This document shows positions 18,420 to 24,910 of a DNA stretch of 24,910 nt, piece after piece. The stretch comes from Candidatus Sulfobium sp. GTDB lineage: Bacteria > Nitrospirota > Thermodesulfovibrionia > Thermodesulfovibrionales > UBA6898. The translations under genes and the position numbers were made by a program. Numbering within the stretch: position 1 is the first letter of the stretch; the number at the start of each line of letters is the position of its first letter. The notes beneath the pieces were generated by a model. It saw only the letters and a list, made by a program, of their open reading frames with translations. It was not told where the DNA came from and searched no databases. The DNA is taken from assembly GCA_037380845.1 (NCBI GenBank), contig JARRRI010000065.1, forward strand, positions 1 to 24,910. The letters are read 5' to 3'.

Positions 18420-19676
18420 TTAGAAGCGCCAGGTAAGTCCGAATTCTACGCTGTCTTCGCTGAGTGTGGATTCGAGCGTAACCGGATACATCCCTGACGG
18501 ATCTGTACCATGCTCTTTAACAGTTTCCTGAAAGGCATGCATATATCCGCCGCTGATGGCAAAGCTGTTGGAGAGTTCATAGCCGACGCCGAACGTGAGG
18601 TGGTGTTGTACTATGGCGGGGAACCCCACGATTCTGAAAGTTTCATAATAGTAGGCAGGTAAAGTTTTCCCTTGTACGGAGACGGGGCTCGACCCGTTGA
18701 AATTATTGTGCTCATTGACGGGATTCTTCCCATAATTGTAGCCAGCCCTGAGTGCCAGCTTCTTAGTCGGATTAAACTGGGCGCCAACTGCAAGCACCCA
18801 CTGGTTGTCCCAGTCAAAATCTTCATATCCCGTCGCATCAGACCAGTTGACCCACTTGCCGTCGACCTCCAGCAGCAATACATTCGGTATGGGTGTAACT
18901 GCAATGCCCACACCGATTTGCTGAGGAGATTCCAGGGAGAGCGTGTCAGCTCTGCCGTCAAAGTTGAAGTCCTTTACATCGCTATGCTTTACGCTCTGAG
19001 GCGTAATATAGGTAGCGCCAAGAGAGATTGCGTCATTGACCTTGTACAGAGCGCCGAGCTCAACGCCAAGGCCGTAATTGAATGAAGAACCGCCCCTCAG
19101 ATCAAGATTGGCATAATCGACGTGTACAGCCACGCCGAGAGAAAGGTTCTCATTGGGCTGATATGCCAGTGAAGGCGCGAATTTCATGATCTGTAACTGT
19201 GTATATTCACCTGCCACGAGCGGGAAACCACCCAGTCCCTGCGGGTTGTCTATCGGGGTATTCCTGTAGTCGACTCCCAGACCTGAGACACCGTATGCGG
19301 CGATGCCGAACCTCAGAAGGGGAAATTTATTGGTTATAGGAACAGAGAGACCGAAAGCGGGTATGCCGTAGACCTTCTGGTGGCTGTCGGCCTCTGTAAC
19401 CATGCCGCCCACGTTCACCTTCGTTTTGACTTTCGGCATGAACATCGTACCGGCGAAGTTCACTTCAGATCCCGGGCAGTAAGGCCCGAAGCACATTGCG
19501 GCGGGGTTTGCGAAAACTGCGCTTATTGCGTCCTGAGGGGCGGCTATACCGACTCCTCCCATCGACCTCGAAATCGGACCTATGCTTATGAGGTTGGTAC
19601 CGTTCGTGGCGGACGATATTGAGGCGAAGGAAACTACAACGGACAAAACCAGTAGTGTTATCAAAAGCCTTTTCAT
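18420..19676 (-). CDS. FadL/OmpP1/TodX-family outer-membrane beta-barrel transporter
   Basis: Signal peptide ending ..SSA-TNG, SRSMGGVGIA, conserved NPA, W..WS, LRAGYNY, alternating beta-strands, C-terminal Phe (TWRF); SD AAGGAGG. Confidence 0.88.
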   Translation of the reverse strand: MKRLLITLLVLSVVVSFASISSATNGTNLISIGPISRSMGGVGIAAPQDAISAVFANPAAMCFGPYCPGSEVNFAGTMFMPKVKTKVNVGGMVTEADSHQKVYGIPAFGLSVPITNKFPLLRFGIAAYGVSGLGVDYRNTPIDNPQGLGGFPLVAGEYTQLQIMKFAPSLAYQPNENLSLGVAVHVDYANLDLRGGSSFNYGLGVELGALYKVNDAISLGATYITPQSVKHSDVKDFNFDGRADTLSLESPQQIGVGIAVTPIPNVLLLEVDGKWVNWSDATGYEDFDWDNQWVLAVGAQFNPTKKLALRAGYNYGKNPVNEHNNFNGSSPVSVQGKTLPAYYYETFRIVGFPAIVQHHLTFGVGYELSNSFAISGGYMHAFQETVKEHGTDPSGMYPVTLESTLSEDSVEFGLTWRF

Positions 19677-19866
19677 TCAATCCTCCTTTAAATAGTTGAC
19701 ATTAATACGCCGGACATTGTCTGCTGGATATCACCTCCCTTTAAAAGATTTCCGCGCCTTCCAGAGAAGCAGGAACACTTGAACACCGGTCCAAACTCAG
19801 TAATTGATGTGAATGAGTTAGAATAGGCTGCGCTTGGCGAAATTCCGCAAGGATGCATCAGATCAA

Positions 19867-19895
19867 AATATAGCATCATAATGTTGAGTCGTCAA
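19867..19895 (-). promoter_or_regulatory. Sigma70-type promoter for the outer-membrane protein gene (about 185-nt leader)
   Basis: TTGACG (19895-19890), 17-nt spacer ending TGC, TATATT (19872-19867). Confidence 0.6.
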
Positions 19896-19941
19896 GAAAT
19901 CCTGAAACAATATATTTTTTGTTATTCCAAGGAGATTGAAC

Positions 19942-20394
19942 ATGAAAGTATTCCTTAAGGAAGATGTGAAGCATGTGGGCGATATGGGGGATGTTGTGAA
20001 TGTTGCCGACGGATACGCGAGAAATTACCTCATCCCCAAAAACCTGGCTGTGGAAGCCAACACCAGGAATATAAAAGAATTTGAGCATCACAAGAGGATT
20101 ATCCAGGAAAAGGCCGCCAAAGTCAGGGATGCGTCCAAATCATTGGCGGAAAAGCTTTCATCGCTTACGCTTACTATCAGGGCAAAGGCCGGAGAAGAGG
20201 ACAAACTGTTCGGTTCAGTCACCAGCATGGACATCTCGGAGGCGTTGAAGGCCGAGGGCTATGATATCGACAAGAAAAGGATATCCACTGAAGAGCCGAT
20301 AAAACGGCTGGGGGAGCATACTGTGGAGGTCAAGGTGCTTGCTGATATCTCGGCTCATGTGAAGGTGAACGTCGTATCAGAGGCATCTGAATAG
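19942..20394 (+). CDS. rplI: 50S ribosomal protein L9
   Basis: MKVFLKEDV..GD.V.VADGYARNYLIPK, KLFGSVT, PIKRLG; SD AAGGAG before ATG 19942. Confidence 0.98.
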   Translation: MKVFLKEDVKHVGDMGDVVNVADGYARNYLIPKNLAVEANTRNIKEFEHHKRIIQEKAAKVRDASKSLAEKLSSLTLTIRAKAGEEDKLFGSVTSMDISEALKAEGYDIDKKRISTEEPIKRLGEHTVEVKVLADISAHVKVNVVSEASE

Positions 20395-20407
20395 AAGAAT
20401 CCCCGGC

Positions 20408-21778
20408 ATGAAAGAGATAGAGTCTACACTCGAAAAAATCCCTCCCCAGAACATCGAAGCAGAGCAGTCTGTCCTGGGTGCAATTCTTATCGACAACAAC
20501 GCATTGACGACCACACTCGAGTTGTTGACTCATGAAGATTTTTACAAGGATTCTCACAGGAGAATCTTTCTGGCGATGGCGGAACTGTTCGACAGGGGAG
20601 AGCCCATCGACATCATAACCCTGGCCGATCACATGAAGAGAAAAGATGACCTCGACTCTGTCGGAGGTCCACAGTATCTTGCAGCACTTGTTTCCACTAT
20701 ACCTACGTCGGCAAACATTCGCTATCACGCCAGGATCGTAAGGGAAAAGGCCATGATAAGAGGTCTGCTCCGGTCCGTGACCGATATCGCGAGGAACGTC
20801 TACGATGGTGAGCTGGATGCGGATGAACTCATCGACTATGCTGAAAAGAGTGTTTTTGACCTCTCTGACAGGAGGATCAAGGTCTCTTTTACGACCCTGA
20901 AGGATGTTATCAAGGACAGCTTTCAGATGATCGAACAGCTGTACGACAGGAAGGAGACCGTAACCGGCGTGCCTTCGGGGTTCAAGGAACTGGATGAGCT
21001 TACGACCGGCTTCCAGAGGAGCGACCTGATAATAGTAGGGGGGCGGCCGTCGATGGGAAAGACCGCCTTCAGTCTTAACATAGCCCAGCATGTGGGAGTA
21101 AATTTGAAGGAGCCGGTTGCCATATTCAGCCTTGAAATGTCCAAGGAACAGCTGGCATTCAGAATGCTCTGCTCCGAGGCCATGGTAGATTCCAACGGTG
21201 TGAGAAAGGGGTTTATCAAGAAAGGCGATTGGCACAATCTCACGAACGCCGCCGGAAAGCTGGCAGAGTCACCCATATTCATCGACGATTCATCGGGGGT
21301 CAACATACTGGAGATGAGAGCAAAGGCGCGGCGGCTTAAGGCCGAACACGGTCTGAGTCTGATCATAGTAGATTATCTCCAGCTGATGAGGGGACGGGGC
21401 AACGCCGAGAGGCGGGAACAGGAGATCTCCGAAATATCCCGTTCACTGAAGTCGCTGGCCAAGGAACTGCGCGTTCCGGTCATTGCGCTCAGTCAGCTGA
21501 ACAGGGGGGTCGAGACCCGGACGGGAACCAAGAAGCCGACCCTGGCAGACCTCAGGGAATCGGGCGCCATTGAACAGGATGCGGACGTGATAATATTCCT
21601 GTACCGCGACGAGGTTTACAACAAGGAGAGCATGGATAACAAAAACAAGGCTGAAATAATCGTTTCAAAGCAGAGGAACGGTCCGACGGGAAGTGTGACT
21701 CTGACCTTTCTTTCGGACTGTACCAGGTTTACCGACTATTCCGACCGGGAATATAGTGACGTTGAAGACACGTTTTAA
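20408..21778 (+). CDS. dnaB: Replicative DNA helicase
   Basis: PPQNIEAEQSVLG, RPSMGKT, FSLEM, DYLQLM, LSQLNR, DLRESGAIEQDAD, KQRNGPTG; no intein. Confidence 0.98.
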   Translation: MKEIESTLEKIPPQNIEAEQSVLGAILIDNNALTTTLELLTHEDFYKDSHRRIFLAMAELFDRGEPIDIITLADHMKRKDDLDSVGGPQYLAALVSTIPTSANIRYHARIVREKAMIRGLLRSVTDIARNVYDGELDADELIDYAEKSVFDLSDRRIKVSFTTLKDVIKDSFQMIEQLYDRKETVTGVPSGFKELDELTTGFQRSDLIIVGGRPSMGKTAFSLNIAQHVGVNLKEPVAIFSLEMSKEQLAFRMLCSEAMVDSNGVRKGFIKKGDWHNLTNAAGKLAESPIFIDDSSGVNILEMRAKARRLKAEHGLSLIIVDYLQLMRGRGNAERREQEISEISRSLKSLAKELRVPVIALSQLNRGVETRTGTKKPTLADLRESGAIEQDADVIIFLYRDEVYNKESMDNKNKAEIIVSKQRNGPTGSVTLTFLSDCTRFTDYSDREYSDVEDTF

Positions 21779-21823
21779 CATTGCGTATCCAGAGCTTTTT
21801 TTCAGAAGTTCAAATGTTTTTTT

Positions 21824-21904
21824 CGTCATTCCCGCGCAGGCGGGAATCCACGTTTCCCTCTTATTAATAGCATTGGATCCCCGATTACTACCTCGGGAAT
21901 GATG
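21824..21904. repeat. Composite dRS3/REP-like palindromic element (best-preserved copy)
   Basis: CGTCATTCCCGCGCAGGCGGGAATCCA, 23-nt spacer, TGGATCCCCGATTACTACCTCGGGAATGATG. Confidence 0.85.
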
Positions 21905-22018
21905 GAAAATTCGCTGTAGCATTAATATGAAAAGCTGCACTGATTTTGTCGATCCGGCGAGTTTTCTTTTTTCTGGAGTCTGGCAGAGTCGTGGCCGGGT
22001 CTTGTCTGCCGGGAGGGG

Positions 22019-22825
22019 ATGATGAAGAGAAGAGCTGCAGTTGCCGGACAATTCTATCACGGGACCAATTCCAAACTGAAGGAGCAGGTGCAGGAGTATA
22101 CAGACACGGACCTGCCGAGGGAAGAGGCTGTGGGCATAGTTGTTCCGCATGCGGGTCTCATATATTCCGGCGGTGTCGCGGGAGCCGTGTATTCGTCGAT
22201 CATACCTCCCAGGACGTTCGTCATGCTCGGGCCGAATCATACCGGCCTCGGGGCACGGGCTGCCCTCATGGACGAAGGGGAATGGGAAATCCCGACCGGA
22301 ACAGTAGGTGTTGACAGGAGACTTGCAAGTAAGATAGCGCTTGATAATCCGATAGTTTCGAGAGACGCACAGGCCCACTTTTTTGAACACTCGCTGGAGG
22401 TGCAGTTGCCCTTCGTAGTGCGGCTATCGCCGGAAATCAGAATAGTGCCTGTTGCGCTGCTTTCCTTGACTGTCGGTGAATGTCTTGAACTCGGCCGGAG
22501 TATCGCCGCTGCGGTGAAGGCTGTCGATTATCCGGTGGTGATTCTGGCCAGCTCGGATATGAGCCACTACCAGCCGGACAAGGCTGCGAGAGCGAAGGAC
22601 AGGCTTGCGATCGAGAGGATTCTCGATATCGACCCCGAGGGGCTTTATGAAACAGTGCAGAGGGAGAGAATATCAATGTGTGGTTACCTGCCGGTGACGG
22701 TGATGCTCCATGCCGCGAGGCTCCTCGGCGCAGGGTCGGCCCGCCTGGTGAAATATGCCACGTCCGGAGAGGTGAGTGGAGACTACGACAGCGTTGTGGG
22801 GTATGCGGGAATTATCATCAGGTGA
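22019..22825 (+). CDS. amrB: MEMO1-family / AmmeMemoRadiSam system protein B
   Basis: RRAAVAGQFY, PHAGLIYSG, GPNHTG, EHSLEVQLPF, ASSDMSHY, SMCG, YATSGEVSGD..VVGYAG. Confidence 0.92.
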   Translation: MMKRRAAVAGQFYHGTNSKLKEQVQEYTDTDLPREEAVGIVVPHAGLIYSGGVAGAVYSSIIPPRTFVMLGPNHTGLGARAALMDEGEWEIPTGTVGVDRRLASKIALDNPIVSRDAQAHFFEHSLEVQLPFVVRLSPEIRIVPVALLSLTVGECLELGRSIAAAVKAVDYPVVILASSDMSHYQPDKAARAKDRLAIERILDIDPEGLYETVQRERISMCGYLPVTVMLHAARLLGAGSARLVKYATSGEVSGDYDSVVGYAGIIIR

Positions 22826-22878
22826 GGGCAGATCCTTTTGGTTGCCCGGCACTTGCCATCCTCTCATAGAATTGTTTT

Positions 22879-23046
22879 GATCCTGTCTCAAAATCGACTT
22901 TCAGGAAAATCCGACACCTCCTCACGGCGCCGGCGGCGAGCAGGGGCGGAGTCCATTTTTGAACCTTGAAAAACAGGGATTCCCGCCTTCGCGGGAATGA
23001 TGCAAACGAACTCATAATGCTAAATAATCAATTTTGAGATAGATTC
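22879..23046. mobile_element. Putative non-autonomous MITE-like element carrying a dRS3/REP-like unit
   Basis: Imperfect terminal inverted repeats CTGTCTCAAAATCGA (22883-22897) and TCAATTTTGAGATAG (23028-23042); internal GGATTCCCGCCTTCGCGGGAATGAT (22977-23001); no transposase ORF. Confidence 0.45.
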
Positions 23047-23144
23047 TATTCAGATATAGAGGATATTCAGCAGCCCGGTCCGGATTTTTCGGACACCCTG
23101 TCTTTCCGGTATAATGAAGGCAATATTGTCATAGGGGAGAAAAT

Positions 23145-23846
23145 GTGTTACATCCGATTCTTGTGATCGAAGACGACGTAAAGATTGCCAGGGTGGTGAA
23201 GGTATACCTTGAGGGAGCCGGCTACAGGGTCGTTCATGCCGTGAGGGGAAAAGAGGGGGTAGAGATGGCCTTGAAGGAGAAGCCGCTGGCTGTAATACTG
23301 GATCTGATGCTGCCCGATACCTCAGGGGAGGAGGTTTGTCAGGAATTGAAGGAAATAGGGGATGTTCCGGTAATCATGCTTACATCGAAGTCTTCTGAAG
23401 AGGAGCGGGTTGCGGGTTTTGCGCTCGGAGCTGACGATTATGTCGTCAAACCTTTCAGTCCCAGGGAACTGGTGTACAGGGTGAAGGCCGTCTTGAAGAG
23501 GGCACAGAAAGGCGATCTGGGCTCCACAGAGCCGATGAGTTTCGAGAAGGGCCTTCTGATAATTGACGGCCACAGCTACACCGTGAAAAAGAAAGGGAGG
23601 TTGCTTGACCTCACGCCGACCGAGTTTAAGGTCCTCTTTACTCTGGCTTCATATCCGGGCAAGGTTTTTACGCGAGAGGAGCTGGTGGAGAAGGCCCTCG
23701 GGTACCAGTTCGAAGGTTACGAGAGGAGCATCGACGCCCACATCAAGAATATCAGAAGAAAGCTAGAAGACGATGCGAGAAATCCGCTGCTGATCCTTAC
23801 CATATACGGAGTGGGATACAGGTTTTCCGGGAAGAGGGATGATTAA
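23145..23846 (+). CDS. OmpR/PhoB-family response regulator (BaeR-like)
   Basis: ILVIEDD, ILDLMLP, IMLTS, GADDYVVKPFSPREL, LTPTEF, RSIDAHIKNIRRKL, YGVGYRF; TATAAT at 23110-23115 and SD GGGGAG. Confidence 0.95.
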   Translation: MLHPILVIEDDVKIARVVKVYLEGAGYRVVHAVRGKEGVEMALKEKPLAVILDLMLPDTSGEEVCQELKEIGDVPVIMLTSKSSEEERVAGFALGADDYVVKPFSPRELVYRVKAVLKRAQKGDLGSTEPMSFEKGLLIIDGHSYTVKKKGRLLDLTPTEFKVLFTLASYPGKVFTREELVEKALGYQFEGYERSIDAHIKNIRRKLEDDARNPLLILTIYGVGYRFSGKRDD

Positions 23847-24910
23847 GAGTCTCTGGGTCAGGTTCCTGCTCCTCCTGTTTACCGTCTCTCTCATCGCGCT
23901 TTCTGCGGCGTTGGTACTGCGTGAACTTATGGTGAGGGACTTCAGGGAATATCTTGAGGGCCAGATGGAGGACAGGGTCTACTGGGTAACCGCGTCGCTG
24001 GAAAGCACTTACGAGAAATTTTCCGGCTGGGATAGTGAGCAGATAGTAGAGGATGCGGTATGGGCCCTGATGCTCGGCTTCGACGTCAAACTATACGATA
24101 CAAAAGGGACGCTTATTATTGATACCGAAAGTGCAATCGAGACTCTCTCGCCTCTGGTGAAAAAGAGAGTTATGGCCATTTCGGAGTCGAGGACCGGCAG
24201 GAAGAGCGGTAAATATGTTCCCTATGTCCTCTTTCTGGGCGGGAAAGAGATAGGCGAGCTGAAGGTGAAGTTTCTGAGGCCGAAGAAAGAATCGTTGTTC
24301 ATAGCACGTTCGAACAGGCTGCTCCTGATATCGCTCGTCGCTCTCGGCGGGATAGCCATTCTGTTAAGTATAATATTTTCGAGAAAATTGACCAATCCCA
24401 TTGAGGGGCTCACAGACGCTGCCGTGGCGATCGGTGACGGGGAGCTTGGAAGGCGGGTTGACATTACCGGACATGATGAGATAGCCAGGCTCGGCGGGGC
24501 ATTTAACCGTATGGCGCAATCTCTGGAAATACAGGAATCTCTGCGAAAAAAGCTGACGTCCAACGTGGCCCATGAACTCAGGACGCCGATAAGTGCGATA
24601 CGGGGTGAACTTGAAGGCATGATCGACGGTTTAATCCCGGCAGATAAGGAACACCTGCAGTCTTTATATGCTGAAATCGGAAGACTCAGAAATGTCCTGG
24701 AGGCTATTGAAGAACTTTCCCAGGCGGAGGCAAGCACCCTCACTCTCAGAAGGCAGGAACTTCAATTGTGCAGTTTTCTCAGGAATATCGTCGAAAGGTT
24801 CACCAAGGTGTTTCATGACAGGGGAGTAGGTATTGTGATGGATTGCAGCGGGGTTCTCGCTATCAATGCCGATCCCGACAAGCTGAGCCAGATTGTTATT
24901 AACCTCCTGA
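23839..24910 (+). CDS. HAMP-domain sensor histidine kinase (BaeS-like), truncated by the window end
   Basis: ATG 23839 overlaps the regulator end; TM1 (VRFLLLLFTVSLIALSAALVL), TM2, HAMP (DEIARLGGAFNRMAQSL), H-box NVAHELRTP, start of N-box DKLSQIVINLL. Absent from the ORF track because it has no stop. Confidence 0.95.
   Translation, partial: MIKSLWVRFLLLLFTVSLIALSAALVLRELMVRDFREYLEGQMEDRVYWVTASLESTYEKFSGWDSEQIVEDAVWALMLGFDVKLYDTKGTLIIDTESAIETLSPLVKKRVMAISESRTGRKSGKYVPYVLFLGGKEIGELKVKFLRPKKESLFIARSNRLLLISLVALGGIAILLSIIFSRKLTNPIEGLTDAAVAIGDGELGRRVDITGHDEIARLGGAFNRMAQSLEIQESLRKKLTSNVAHELRTPISAIRGELEGMIDGLIPADKEHLQSLYAEIGRLRNVLEAIEELSQAEASTLTLRRQELQLCSFLRNIVERFTKVFHDRGVGIVMDCSGVLAINADPDKLSQIVINLL

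Noticed and set aside
19688..19879. 63-aa ORF upstream of the porin gene
   Set aside because: Its start lies within the predicted promoter and the composition is not protein-like; only the last 9 codons are kept as a possible leader peptide.
20408..21778. Intein in DnaB
   Set aside because: Normal length (456 aa) with contiguous helicase motifs.

Overview
A ~25 kb stretch of bacterial chromosome made up mostly of housekeeping genes. Gene content and protein style suggest an anaerobic Nitrospirota (Thermodesulfovibrionia-like) or Desulfobacterota genome; this is inference only. Gene order: LuxR-type regulator, short ThyA-type thymidylate synthase, a broken cooC/acsF, argJ, an unannotated 56-aa ORF, argC, rpsI-rplM, yqgE/algH, iron-sulfur flavoprotein, hemW, mazG, dinB fused in frame to an N-terminally truncated dtd, galU, lon, thiL, DUF2062, rimO, site-2 protease, a FadL-like outer-membrane barrel, rplI-dnaB, a MEMO1/AmmeMemoRadiSam B protein, and an OmpR/BaeS-like two-component pair that runs off the end. 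I saw no tRNA, rRNA, CRISPR array, transposase or phage gene. Most notable: (1) the DinB-Dtd fusion, with an A9 run at the domain boundary where one extra A gives an immediate stop; (2) a microhomology-type internal deletion in cooC; (3) a dispersed dRS3/REP-like palindrome family in five intergenic regions, one copy inside MITE-like inverted repeats; (4) several apparently leaderless genes; (5) a start-less extended Shine-Dalgarno in the porin leader; (6) a lux-box-positioned palindrome beside the LuxR gene. None of these is an established novel system, and the two gene lesions could be assembly artefacts.
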